A DNA stretch of 64,000 nt, taken from the NCBI GenBank assembly GCA_028534125.1, contig CM052822.1:66960001-67024000 (forward strand), written 5' to 3'. This document shows, piece after piece, positions 1 to 12,219 of the stretch. How positions within the stretch are numbered: the first letter of the stretch is position 1; each line of letters opens with the position of its first letter. Source of the DNA: Lama glama (taxonomy: Eukaryota). The notes under the pieces were generated by a model. That model was not told where the DNA came from. It saw nothing but the letters and a program-made list of their open reading frames with translations, and ran no database searches. The position numbers and the translations under genes were made by a program.

Positions 1-1539
1 CTTCCCTAGATAAGTGTTTCCGTCGACAGAGACGAAAGCTTGATATTTAACCCTGGGGATTAGAAAGAAAGCAAGCTCCAGAGTGTTGCCCGTCCCCTTG
101 GGGCCACCTCGATTCAGCCTTCAGGTCTCAGTTGAACGGTCACTTCCTGTAGGGACGTCACACCGACCCCCTCCCCTGTGCTGCCACAACCTTCATCGTT
201 TAGAACATGGGATGTGGCATTTGACTAGCTTGCTTCCTTGTCAATTTCCTGAATCAGACAGTGAATATGGTGAGGAGCGGGGGCCTGACTTACTCACCAA
301 TGACCATTAGAATCCAGCTCATAGTAGGCCAGCTGAACAAAACTGCTCCCCAGTGTCACTGCCAATCACCAGCAAGGGCCACAGGGAACACACGGGCTGT
401 CAGGCCAACCTTGTGCCCAGAAGTATCAGTGCAGGTCCATCCTCCCCTCAAGGGAGCACCAGCTGGTCAACCACTAGGAAAAGACGCCAGAAGGAGCTTC
501 CAGGCTGAAGGGCACCAGTCTACCCCTTCTGAAATCCCACAGTGCAGACGGCATGTGAAAGTGGAAAGGGCCAGTGAGGACAGCTAAGGCACAGGTGGCC
601 TCCCCTGGGCTGGTTATTTCCTTTCTGGCTGGGCTCCATGGGCTGGGGCCTGCAGGCAAGGCTGAGCAGCAGCTCTGGAGGGGATGAGAAGGAACCTGGG
701 CTAGCTCGGAGCTGAGAGTCAGCGGGCAGAGCAGACCCAAGCATCTCGCTGCCGTGGCTGCAGCAGACCCGGGGCTCCTGCTGGCCAGCACTATCCTCCT
801 GGGAGCCATCAGCCGCCTGTTCAGGAAGGCACACCAGAGCTCAAAGCTTCTCCCCAGGCTGAGAAGGGGGTTATCACTGTGGAAAGTAGAGCTTTGGGGA
901 CAGGCCCCCCCACTCCATATTAAAATTCTAGTACTGTGACTTGTACGCTCAGGGACCCCAAGCAAGTCACCAACCTTTCAGAGTTTCTGTGTGGTCCTCT
1001 GTAAAATGGGGTGGGGGATGTTTGTAATGAGGCATGAGATAATGTGGATAAAGCCAGGGGCGTGTAATCTCCAGTCTGCTGGGTGGTGTGCAAAGCTTTG
1101 TGCCTACCCCCAACACACGGGACCTCATGTGATGCTTGGCATTGCCAAGGTGACCCTGCCCTTCTCTCTGTCCTAGCCTCAGGCCACCTGGGCCCCCTCC
1201 ACTAACCTGGGGCCTCCTGGTGACCTGAGCCATGGCCTGTCCCTGCCCAGCCCCACCCACTCCAGTCTGTCCCTTTTTTCCCTTGCAACTCAGACTCCAT
1301 TAACCTGTTCTCATTGTTAGCAAAAATTATGGTGTGGGAAAATCATTGTCTAGAGAAATAAGTAACTTTCAGAAACTTCTACATCTGGGGCCTCTGCTGC
1401 CTTCGGCTGGTGCTTCTCCAATTTTGCTTCTGCTACGGGAGGTGGGGAATGAGATCCTGAGCAGAATTGACTTGAAATCTCGTATTTTACATCTTAAAAT
1501 TAAAGTAAATTATTTTCTATGCTTTCATACATTTCTTTT

Positions 1540-1775
1540 TTTTAAAAAAAATCATAGTAAAATATACGTATCAGAAAATTTACCATTTCAGCCATTTTTA
1601 ACTGTATAATTCAGTGGCGTTATGTTCATTCGCACTGTTGTGTGACCATCACCCTCATTCCTCTCCAGAGCTTTTTAGTCCTCCCCGACTGAAACTCTGT
1701 CCCCATTAAACAGCTCCCACTTCCCCTCCCACACTCCGCAACCACCATTCTACTTTCTCCATACATTTCTGCTTT
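1540..1775 (-). mobile_element. Old L1M 3' fragment
   Basis: aaaatttaccatttcagccattttta...aaactctgtccccattaaa...caaccaccattctactttct, typical antisense L1MA/MB 3' UTR. Confidence 0.7.
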
Positions 1776-3199
1776 AATATTTAAATGTTTTAAACTATAA
1801 ATTTGAGTCTTCTGATATATATTTATTTGTATTTTCATCTTTGTACACTCAGGATGTGCTTACAGTCAATATGTACATTGCAGGAAGCTTCTTCCTCCCC
1901 CAACCCTGCAAAACAAAGCTGTTCTTAAACCAGTGGTGCTTGAATCTAATGCCTGATGGCACCAGAGGAGCTGAAACTCTCTTTTTCTCTAACCATGAGC
2001 AAAACCATCTTGGGGAGGATGAGATGCGTGTACTGGCTCCCCAGCAAGCCCCCGGGGTTTGGAGCCTGGCCTTTGCCAGCAGGCCCAGCCCCCTTATCAG
2101 CCTCCAGCCTGACCTTTGCTGCTCTTCCCCACCGCTACCTCAGAGCCCCCAGGAACTTCTGGCTCCACAGTCATCATTTTCCAGATTTTAATTGCCTGAG
2201 ACCCCGCATCTCCACTTTGGTCTTTCTGCAAGGGGCTTTTTGGAAGGTCCTTCTTGGAAAAAGCATATCTAAATTTTGTGACATATTTTCTGAATATATA
2301 CTTGTGTTATAAATGATTGATCCTGTATGCTTAGTTTTAAAAGTAATCTTTATCATAAGCTTATTTGCAGTTTGGGTAGTCAGGCCATCTCTCTCCTTGA
2401 AGGACCCTCAGCCACGGGGAGGCCATTTGTTCAGCCAAGGTATGAGGTCATTGTGGCCTAGACCTGTCAAATGAGGGCAGGGACCTTTTATTTCACCAGT
2501 CTTCTGATGACACTTGCTGTGCTCAGTGGGTCTATCTTAGGAAAGGGGCTGTTAAGTTCCTATCTGGCTTGGTCCCCTCCCCAGTTCCAGACACTCTCTA
2601 GGGACCCGTCAGGTTCCCGCTGGCCTTCATTTTGCAGATGCAACCAGGTTGGGCCAGGCAGAAACTGTTACATACTGATCTCTTGCTTTAATGGGCTACG
2701 ATTCCGCTAGCATTTCCCTGTAGTCCTAGCACACACTTTTTGTAGAACATTTAGAAGATTTAAAAAAGCTTTCAAGAAGCAGAAGGAAAAAAATCATTCA
2801 TAATCCTGCCTCCAGGGGTAACCACTCTTAATCTATTTCCTTTCAGTATCTTTTCTTTGCATATATATCTACCATATTGGGATCACTAATACTGATTTTT
2901 TTTTTCAATCTGCATTGCATCCTTTTCATTTCCCTAAGCTTTCTGAAAAATATATGTTATCCTTGGAAATAAAGCAATCCACGTTCACAGTAAAACACTT
3001 TCTCCAGCAAATTTTTATATCCTCTTCCAGAAGACTCTCCCAGAGAAAGGAAAAAGACAGAAACTGCCTTCCCTGTCTTGTCAAGTGGAATACTTTTGAT
3101 TTCAGGACTGGGTAGGAAATAAACCTTCACGCATGTGAAAATCTTAAGTAAAATATTATCAAGTCAAATACAGAAGCATTTCGGGAAGGGAAAAATCAT

Positions 3200-4760
3200 G
3201 GCTAAATAAGCCTTATCACAAGAGGACAAGAATTTTAAAAAATCAGTTTGATTCACCTCAAGATTAAAGGAAGAAACAAAAAAAGATGTTACTATCTTAA
3301 TGTATCCAGAAAGGTATCCAATGAAATTAGACTCATTCATGTTTAAAACTCTAAGTAAGATAAGAATAGAAGGGAACTTCCTTAACTGATAACAGAAAAG
3401 ATTGATAAGAATAGAAGGAGATAATGTTAGCAAAATTTTGGAAGCTAGACAACTTTAATTGGCTTCCAGACCCCAGAAAGCTTAGTGATTTTTCAAGGAA
3501 AGGGAAGAGTGGGAGGAAGCTGAGAAATGTGCTAGTTTGTATTGAGAAGCCCCCAAATGCTCAAATATTAGAGGCAACAGGTCTCTTTGAAGGCCAAGGT
3601 ACAGGAAAAGGGGCCTGGAAAAAGGACTGGTTGAAAGTATATAAAAGGAGCAGTTGGACCTCTTTCCCATCCTTTAAGATCATCCACTTCTCTGTGCAGC
3701 CAGGTAGCAGAACTCTTTGGGGAGATAAAGCACACGGGACTTGGGGATTCAGAGCTCCAGGTTTAACTGGAGGTTGAGGGTACTTACACTAAAAGGAAGA
3801 GATCAAGCATCACATTCTTACAGGTGAAACCTCTGCTTCCTTCCCCCACTGCCCCTGCAAGGCTGATAGTTTAGTTCACTAAGGAATTGGATGAGTCCCT
3901 GCCTGATTTTCCTATTGCAAAGCCTGCCTCTAATAAGACCCAATGCATCTACTCACCCCAACCCCCCGACAGAGCTTCCAGCCTGCTATCTAGTGCCTTA
4001 CTCCTAATTACCACAGCTAAGGATCACCAGACATATAAGGACATTTTTAGATATGACAAAGACCAAAAAAAGAAAAACAAAAAGAAAAAGCACAGAATAA
4101 TGCACAGTACTTGCAGAAAAATAGAGATAATGCAGGGAGCAGAAGAAAATTTCCAAAATACTATAATTAATATTCACAATGAGATAAGAGAAGATGTTTC
4201 ATCCTTGAAACAAGGAAGAGGACACCATAAAAAAGGAACACTTGAAGAACCAAAAAATGTTCTTAAAATTACACATAGGGCAGCAGAAGTAAAAATGAAG
4301 AAAAAGATCCACAAAGGAATATCATTGTTAAATTTCTGAACACTGAATAAGAACAAAGGTGAAGATGCTGAAATTCTCCAGAGTAGGGGTGGAGGGACAT
4401 ACAGAGGATTGGGAATCAGAGTGACTGAGACTTATTAATGGCAAGACTAAAAGTCTGAAGGCAATGGAGCAAAACCGGCACAACTCTGGGGGACAACTAT
4501 TTCTTAGAATTCTATCCAAGCCAAGTTATCAATCGAATGAGAGGTCAGAGTAAAAGTATCTTTAGACACGAAAGATCTCAAGAATTTTTTTTCTAGGAAA
4601 TTTACGGAGGATGTGCTTCACCAGGAAAAGACATGGTCTCTATGACACAAGGGATCTCACACTGGAAAGAGGCAAAGGCATACGGAGAACGAAGGCAAAA
4701 GAAATTCCAGGACAATAGCTGTGTTGCGGACTGGCTGCTACCAGTCCAGAGAGGGGCAGA
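3200..4760 (+). mobile_element. Degenerate ancient L1 fragments (ORF2 and 5'/ORF1-like pieces)
   Basis: A-rich L1-like motifs (aaaactctaagtaagataagaatagaagggaacttccttaactgata; ttagaattctatccaagccaagttatcaatc). Boundaries approximate. Confidence 0.5.
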
Positions 4761-5191
4761 AAAAAGAGGACTCCAAGAGGCGGTCTGGCCAACTCCCTGA
4801 GCTTCTTCACTTTACTTTAGGTTTCTGGTTTTTTTCCTCCTGGTCCATGCTGCCTCGTCCACCTTGACTTTTGATCACATCTTCTTGTCATGTACACTCA
4901 AAGCATTGTGCACCCTCCCTTCAGAGCACAGATCAGTATGGTGATTAAACATCTATTTCTGTGGTTTCTTGATTAATGTCTGCCTCACTCACTGCTCTTA
5001 GTCATGTGAAGGTGGAAGCTGTTCTGTTCTGGGGCTTCATTGTATCCCCAGTGCCAACTGCAGGTGTCCAAAAAATTTTTACAAAAGCAATGACCAAAGG
5101 AATGCTGCATTTTCATGCCTATCAGGCAGCTAATATAAATTCTTGGCAACTTCCCTAAGTTAAATAAAATTAAAGCAAGGGCTAGAACTGC

Positions 5192-5282
5192 TTTTTTTTT
5201 TTTTTCTTAACGAAGTCACTAGGGATTAAACCCAGGACCCCATGTACGCCAAGCATGCACTCTACCACTGAGCTATACCCCC
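5192..5282 (-). mobile_element. tRNA-derived SINE (camelid vic-1-like)
   Basis: Reverse complement GGGGGTATAGCTCAGTGGTAGAG...GTCCTGGGTTTAATCCCTAG gives A and B boxes, followed by a poly-A tail (poly-T on plus). Confidence 0.8.
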
Positions 5283-5319
5283 GATCCTCTGGATCTGGTT
5301 TACAGGTCCTTTTTTGTAG

Positions 5320-5680
5320 CCACTTTCAAACCCATTGACCGGATTATCACAGCAAATTGTCACACCCCTGAGGACAGAGTATACTACCCTGTCCCTTTGA
5401 TGTTGGGCTTGGCCATGTTCTTTGCTTTGGCCAATGGAATGTTAGCAGACCTGCCACGGGCAGCTTATGAAGAGTTTCTCTCAGGAAGAACAAGAGACTC
5501 ATGGAGCAAACACAGACCCAACCAGCAGGCTCAAGCTAAACCTAGCCAGTCTGCATCCAGAAGCTAAGCTGTGCCGCCAAACCCATCAACAATCAAGAAA
5601 CATGCTTAATGTCTTAAGCCACTGACTTTTGGAGTGATCTGTTACCCAGCATTATTATGGCAATACCTGACTAGTATACC
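5320..5680 (+). mobile_element. MaLR (MLT1-type) LTR, degenerate
   Basis: ttgggcttggccatgttctttgctttggccaatggaatg ... ttaagccactgacttttggagtgatctgttacccagcattattatggcaatacctgactagtata. Confidence 0.65.
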
Positions 5681-6055
5681 TACTAAATGTAATATCTTTT
5701 CCATATAGTCCACATAAATTTCCTCCCAGAGATGACACAGGTGTCTCCCCCATTGACCAGCCAGCACGGGCAGGTTCCTGAGCTCACTGTTCACTGGTTG
5801 GCCACCAGGCTGGACAGTAGCGTCCCTGCTCCATCCTTCTCAGCTCTACCTCCAGTTCTTGGAATGCAGAGTAAACTGAAGACCTTAGAGACCTGACTTT
5901 GTTCCTCCTGAAAGTCACTTTATTTCTCGAGGCCTTGGTGCCTTTTTCTGTACTGTAGAGTTGGACTAGATCTTTGAGATTCCTTGCAGGGCTAGGACTC
6001 TGCAATGTGTAATGATAGCCACGCCCCTCTCCTACCCACCTGTCCCCCTCCTCAC

Positions 6056-6201
6056 CTGGATGTGGTTCAGCAGAGGGAGGGTGGCATGGTGGGCTGAGCA
6101 GAAGGCCCGGCTGGCCTCCCAGGCCTCAGCTTCGGTGGAGACGTAGTAGCAGTGCCCCTCGGACCACAACCAGCCCTGGGGGCATGGCCGGCACCTGGCC
6201 C
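6056..6201 (-). CDS. KLRG2: KLRG2 exon 3: N-terminal half of the C-type lectin-like domain
   Basis: Acceptor ttctagcag| at 6202/6201. Encodes GARCRPCPQGWLWSEGHCYYVSTEAEAWEASRAFCSAHHATLPLLNHIQ (C-P-x-x-W...C-Y CTLD start). Donor CAG|GTGAGG at 6056/6055, phase 0. No remaining CTLD exons were found in 1-6055, so they probably lie left of the window. Confidence 0.95.
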
Positions 6202-6569
6202 CTGCTAGAACAGAGACCACCAGTGAGCCATAGGGTAAACTGGACAGAGCTGAAGGTACGCATGTTAAAAAGTTGAAATCTGCCTGCCGCCTTGGCTGAG
6301 GGAGCAAATCTGGAGACCTGGAACTGGTGGGGCAAGCAGGGAAGGTGGCCCAGGGAGGGCTGGACAGCTTGTGCACAAGACCATGGGCAGGGCAGCTGTC
6401 CCCTGTCAGAAGAGGCTCTTCTCTCTCACCTTTGCTCAATGAGCCCGTGTCTTCCTGCTGCATCTGCCCAGTGGGGATGTCTTTTTCTAATTCTCACAAA
6501 GGTGCTGGAAGAACTAGACATTGTGCTGCAGGAGCAGGGAGGAGAGGGGACCAGGGGGAGGCGCCATAC

Positions 6570-6671
6570 CTACTTTCGAGGCCAGGACCACGACAGCCAC
6601 AGTGGACACCGCCAGGAACATGGCCATGACTGCCAGGGCCCAGCGCAGGGACCTCAGGTACATGGGCAACC
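6570..6671 (-). CDS. KLRG2: KLRG2 exon 2: type II transmembrane segment
   Basis: Acceptor cccgcag| at 6672/6671. The 102 nt encode GLPMYLRSLRWALAVMAMFLAVSTVAVVVLASKV. Donor G|GTATGG at 6570/6569. Phase 1-1, compatible with exons 1 and 3. Confidence 0.95.
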
Positions 6672-7744
6672 CTGCGGGAGGGGAGGGGACAACCAGGAGA
6701 CACAGGTTAGGAGACCATCCCAACTCAGGACCATGCTGACTCCTACACCAACATTGCACCCACCCCCTCAGCCCAAAATACCAGGATAAACCACTCAATT
6801 TAGGTCAGAAGGTCAGTTTGGGAGAAAAATGCTAGAAGATATTCTACTTCTTAAATAAACTAGAAGATATAAGACTCTCTTCAAGAAAGAGAATAATTGA
6901 CTAACAACCACTTACCGAACACCTGATGTGCATGAGACGCAGGGCACAAACAGCACCAAGGATGGAGCAAGGGCCCTGCACCCGGGGAGCTAATGGGACA
7001 AGCCAAGGTGCCAAGAGGTCACATTCCCACAAGACAGGAACAAGGACCAGATCTGGAGTTCAACAGACCCCCAAATTCAAGTTCAAGTCCTGACTCCATG
7101 GACCCCTCAAGTGTTCCTGGTGTTTTTCCATTTTCACATTGGAATCACACCTGCCTCTTCTGTCTCTCTCGGTCACTGGAAGCCACTAATGAAGCATCGT
7201 GCAGAGAGTGCTTTGCAGGCTGTAGAGCACTAGACAGATGTGAGCTGTTAGCTGCTCAAGGACCCAGGGGACCAGATGGCTGGAGTGAGGCTACAGAGGG
7301 CAAAGGGACACAGGAGGATCTCCAGGTGGAAAGAGAGGCGCAAAGGCTCAGAGATAGAGCACATTCAGATGCCACATCCTGCCTTGTTGATGGAGTAACT
7401 GGGGAGGCCAGAGGAGAAAACTTGGAGAAAAACATAGTGAATGCTTAATCACAGCCATCAACAGTTATAAGAACCTTTCCACCCAGAAAGACATACCCAT
7501 CTGAAGTAACCAAGCACTCAGGATTTGATCTCTGCCACGACCCAGAGTGTGAAATCACTCAGAGCCAACAACTTGCCTCCAGGGCCCAAGATCCACCCAA
7601 ATCTTGGGGATGAGGACCAGGAACGCACATAATCAATGTAAGGGTCCTAAGAACTCAATTATCGTATTTGCCAAAGCCTGAAACAGCAGAGGTAATTCTA
7701 TTATTTTGAAAAGACTAATTCCATTTAAAAAACCATGTACAGTG

Positions 7745-8105
7745 AAATCTAAAAAAACATGATTCAAATGAACTTATTTACAAAACAGAAATATACTCAC
7801 AAATATAGAAAACAAATTTATGGTTACCAAGGGGAAAGCGGGGGTGAGGGGAGACATAAATTAGGAGTTTGGGATTAACATATATACACTACTACATATA
7901 AAATAGATAAACAACAGGGACCTACTATATAGCACAGGGAGCTATATTCAATATCTTGTAATAACCTTTATTGGAAAAGAATCTGAGAAAGAATATATAT
8001 GTATATATGTATGTATATATAACTGTGCATCAACTGTACTTCAATTTAAAAAGTGATATTGTAAAATAAATACATGAATACATTTTTAAAAATTAAAAAA
8101 AAAAA
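7745..8105 (+). mobile_element. L1 3' end (cetartiodactyl-type)
   Basis: aaatgaacttatttacaaaacagaaa...aaacaaatttatggttaccaagggg...cctactatatagcacagggagctatattcaatatcttgtaataacc with an A-rich tail. Confidence 0.85.
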
Positions 8106-8849
8106 GTCTTGTACACCTGTGGCACTGAGGGCTGCAAGGATGACCTTGGAAATGGGCCCCAGCAGTCATCTGTCCTCCCAAAACTTCTAGGCATAAAGAA
8201 GTCCCACCCATTCCTTTCAAATGCAATTCCTAATTACACTAGTAACACAAACATATTCTTGTGGTTAAGAAATGAACGTACAGATGAAGTTAAAATCCTC
8301 TTTTAAACCCCGTCTGCTCCCTGCCCCCAGTCCTGGACCTTCTCCTCTTTAATCTAATTTCTTTCAGTGCCGGCAAACTCACCCAGGTCCAGCTCCTAAG
8401 GGGCTTCACCTCCACAAGAGACTGGTGACATGACACTGGTAACAGACACTCCCTCCTCCTCAGCGTCTTCCCTTCTGCCCCATTCTCTAGCATCAGCCCA
8501 ATTTTCTCCTCTTATCTGGGACTGACATCTCTGATGTCACATCTTTTGCTTGCCCACCACTCATCCCATCCCATTGCAGTTTCTACACCTGGACCGCCTC
8601 TCCCACCCCACAACTGAAACAGCACCTGCTTCCTCCTAGTCAGATTCTACTGCAGGGGTGTAGCCAGGTTTTTCGAGACTTACAATTTATTCAATTGTAG
8701 GGGGTTGGGGAGGGGGGCATCTTAAAAAATAGAATACAAACTTCCAAATACAAAGTTGGCACCAGGACTCAGCCCTCCTGCCACTGAGAGCCCTGCTTAT
8801 GTCCTCGCCTTCACGGAAACCTGCTTCTGCTGATGGCCTCTGCTCCTCA

Positions 8850-9222
8850 GCTGGGGAGACTATCCTGGATTTATAGGAGGGTCCAACGTAATCACAAGGG
8901 TCCTTATAAATGGAAGAGGGAGGTAGGACCGAAGAGTCACAGAGATGGCAGTGGGCGGATTCAGACTAACATTGGCTGGCTTTGAATATAGAAAGGGCCA
9001 TGAGCTAAGGAAATCCTTAGTACTTAGAAGCTAGAAAATGTAAGGAAACAATCTTTCCCAGAGTCCCCAGAGAGGATTATGGCCCTCCTGACAACTGGAC
9101 TTTAGACCATTGAGACCAAATCAGAATTCAGACTTACAAAACTGCAAGATAATAAATTAGTGTCATTTTAAGCCTCTAACTTAATATCAATTTGTTATAG
9201 CAGCACCAGAAAGCAAATATAC
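8850..9222 (+). mobile_element. MaLR MLT1-type LTR fragment
   Basis: ggagactatcctggat...aatcacaagggtccttataaatggaagagggagg ... tttgttatagcagcaccagaaagcaaatata. Confidence 0.75.
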
Positions 9223-10029
9223 CTGTCATGCAGGAAATGTGCTCACACAAAACTCTGCAAAAGTTCCTGATGATCTGAGTCCTTGAACCCTTGTCTAAGG
9301 ACCCCTGGCATAGAGGCCATGGGAATCTGGGGTCTGTCTAGCTGGCCTGCCCAACCTCTCAACTGACCAAACTTTCGGTAGTTTGTCTGTTGGGCAGAAC
9401 TCTAGTCCCTCCTGGTTGCTGTTCCCAACAGTTCTCCAGCTATAAGGGGTGCTACCACCCCAGCTCCTACTCAGCTTCCAAGGTTTAGCTGCAGGAAGCT
9501 TTCCCATGCCCCCAAGTTCACCAACCACTCTCTTCTGGCTCCCTGTCCAGGCTTGTTTATATCTTTCTCAGGCTCTTTCTTCTTCCCTGCCAACTGCCAC
9601 CCCCCCACCAACAACCCCGCCCCCCATGCAACCTAGCACATGGCCCCCAGGAAGTAGTTGCTGAAATGGATGAGTGGGGCAAGCGGTCCTCGATAGATGG
9701 TGGATGGAAAGGGGGAGTGTAGGCCTGAGACGTCGGCTAACCGAAGCCAGGAGTCGGGAGGTGGCGCTCCAGCCTGAGCCGCTGCCACGGTCAAGTGATC
9801 CTGAAAGATCGCCCGGAATTTTTTCCACTTCTGTTTCTTAAAGATGCTGCGTACACTAAGAGGGAATGTGAAAGTACTTGGAGGGTCGAAGAGGGAGAAT
9901 AGTCGTTTTATTCGTCTACTGCCAACAGTTTGAATTACAATTACGTAAACCGGGCATCAGGATGGTAGTCTGGGTCCCCTAGCCCCGCCGCAGTGGCCGA
10001 CCGCTGGGTGAAGGAGTGAGGGGCTCAGT

Positions 10030-11130
10030 CGCGCCAACCTACACCCAGCAGCGCGGCTCCCAGCTTACCTACGAGTCTTACGACCCGGGGCAGCTTCTTG
10101 TCGCGATCCATCTCGGCGCGGGGCAGCAGCGCGGCGTCCTCCTTGCAGCGGCAGCGGCACGTCGGGGAGCCCGGAGACTCGGCGCGCCCCTCGGCGTCGA
10201 GGCCGCGCTCCGCCCCAGCTGCGGCCAGCGGCACGCCACGGCTCCACGTGCTGCCCGGGGACGGGGTCAGCCGCGGGAACGGGAGCGCGGGAGAGGTGTG
10301 GCGGGAGAAGGCCGGGGACTCGGGCACCGGCACCGTGAGGAAGCGCGTGGAGGGCGCCGGCGAGGGCGCGCGGCTGCCGCCGGCCGCGCCCACGGGCTTC
10401 ACGCGCACGTCCACCTGCAGTTCCACGGGAGTCCAGGAGCCCGGCGCCGGCTCACCTGACGCGGCCTTGGGCACCAGCTCGGACCCCGGCGCCTCACCGT
10501 CCCGGGACTGCTCGGCCGCGGTGAGGCTCGGCGACGGCGGCTCCGGGCCGACTGACGCCTGGCGGCGAAAGGCGCCGTAGCCCAGGCTGGGTGGCCGCAA
10601 GGGTGCGGGGCGAGGCGAGGGCAGCTTCTTCTCGCTCGACAGGTCCTGGCGCTCGTCCGCCACCTCCTTCGCGACCGGAGCCAGACTCGAGCTGCTCTCG
10701 CAACTCTCAGGCCGTCGCTCCTCTGCGGGGACTTGCGGCTGATTCAGCTCCGGGTCCTCGCTTCCCAGGGGCTCCATTGGGAACTCAGCCCGGGCTTGGT
10801 CTCCCTCCGACGCCGCCCGGGAGCCCTCCATCAGGCGCGTAGAGCAGCCGAGAGCGGGGCGCACCTGGGCCCAGGTCGGGAGTCAGCTTCGCCTCCCGGG
10901 ATTGGTCCAGCTGGGTTGCTGAAGTTGTCGAGCCACGCCCCTCTCCGTCACCACACCCCCTTCCACCTCCCAACCAAAGACCCCGCTGGGATTGGCTGTA
11001 GCTCGGTTCTGTTGGCCACGCCCCTTCAGGGGCCCAGCCTCACGCTAGCGTGGCTCTGGGAAAAGACTGGGGCCCACGGGTCTGGCCGAGGGGTTACCCA
11101 GAAAGACGAAGCTGGGAGCAGCTGCGTCAG
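10030..11130 (-). promoter_or_regulatory. KLRG2: KLRG2 CpG island and proximal promoter
   Basis: Dense CpG/GC sequence over exon 1. CCAAT boxes (ATTGG on plus) at 10901-10905 and 10991-10995. Sp/KLF motifs CCACGCCCC at 10933-10941 and 11016-11024, and CCACACCC at 10951. Confidence 0.75.
10069..10831 (-). CDS. KLRG2: KLRG2 coding exon 1: long Pro/Ser-rich cytoplasmic N-terminus of killer cell lectin-like receptor G2
   Basis: The ORF-track frame 10025..10864 from ATG 10831 reads MEGSRAASEGDQARAEFPMEP...ELQVDVRVKPVGAAGGS...STRFLTVPVPESPAFSRH...EDAALLPRA..KKLPRVV, matching recalled mammalian KLRG2. It ends at a phase-1 donor GTAG|GTAAGC at 10069/10068 and lies in a CpG island. Confidence 0.95.
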
Positions 11131-12012
11131 GGGGAACGCAGAGCCTAGAATCTTCTCTCTTTTTTGTCCCTGGCCCCATCCATTTCCCCTCCAGCCCTTT
11201 GCCATTGTGCTGAGTTTGAGAGTTACTTGGTCAGAGAGCGGTTGGCCAAGCCTGCAGAAATCCTGGGACCTGAAAATTCTGCGGATCCAAAGAAAATAGG
11301 GCGGCTGGAGGAAAAGTAGCAGAGCCGGTTGTTCTGACAATGTACTGGAGGAAGGGGCGCCACACCTGAGAGCACTCTCCCGAGGCAGAAGTCCAGGGAC
11401 ATCTGTTTTAGAGGCCTCACTCCTACTGGGCTAACATAATAAAGACTGAGGAATGGATAAGCTTGAAAATGTGTAGTTTCATGGGGAGAAAAGCCTGGAC
11501 CTCCGCCAGCCTGGTGTCGTGGAGTACAGGGTTCCCAGGCGTGGCCAGTAATCTGAATATCATTTTTTTTAATATTTAAAAGAAAATAAAACTTTTACTT
11601 TCAAGCATATACCAGAACTTAGGTAGATGGTGCTGCCAAACATAGGAATTACATTGAAGAGGTAGAAACTGTTTTGCGAAAGTTATGTATAAACCCATAG
11701 TAACTGACATATTCTTTCACTCTTTATATAGTTCACTTTCTTTCACTGGTAAACAAACACATACATTACAGTAGCATGATTTAAAATCTTACCAAACAAA
11801 ACTCTCACATAATAGTTATATGGAACTACTTTTGTATAATGCTTTGTTTAATATGCTATACATTATCCACCACACAGTAAGGTTACATTAAATTCTCTCT
11901 TGTCAGCTACAAACTGAGTATCATTTAAAAAATACAGATTCCTGATGAGCTCCGCCCAGACCTACTGAATCTCAAGATGGGATAAGGCTGATTTTTAACA
12001 AGTGCCTTGAGG

Positions 12013-12219
12013 TAGGATTGGCAGATCAAATACAGACCACTCAGTGAAATCTGAATTTCAGATAAAGGAAAGATGTTTTTGTTTGTTTGTTTGTTTTGTT
12101 TTTTAGTGTAAGTACATCTCAAGTGCTCTGTGGGATACACTTATATTTGAAAATTTGTTACCTGAAATTAAAATTTAACCTACCTCCTATATTTTCGTTT
12201 GCCACATCAGGCAACTCTA
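12013..12219. mobile_element. MER53-like palindromic MITE nested in a MER5-like fragment (about 11920-12270)
   Basis: Terminal inverted repeats taggattggcagat...atcaggcaactcta and internal inverted symmetry. Flanks aaaatacagattcct...cagacctactgaatc and tttgggaaaaccac resemble MER5. Confidence 0.65.

Noticed and set aside
3360-3419. 15-bp direct repeat gataagaatagaagg
   Set aside because: Only two copies within degenerate L1 sequence; a local duplication, not an array.
5192-5282. tRNA-like sequence (also near 29945-30026)
   Set aside because: Degenerate stems plus A-rich tails identify these as SINEs, not tRNA genes.
1-6055. Search for KLRG2 exons 4-5 (DFL..YP...WVG and terminal WVCAKG-type motifs)
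   Set aside because: No matching minus-strand segment with splice sites was seen by eye. The exons probably lie outside the window, so this is not evidence of pseudogenisation.
10016-11299. Overlapping plus-strand ORFs across KLRG2 exon 1, and similar antisense ORFs at 32184-33030
   Set aside because: Shadows of GC-rich coding sequence and CpG islands.
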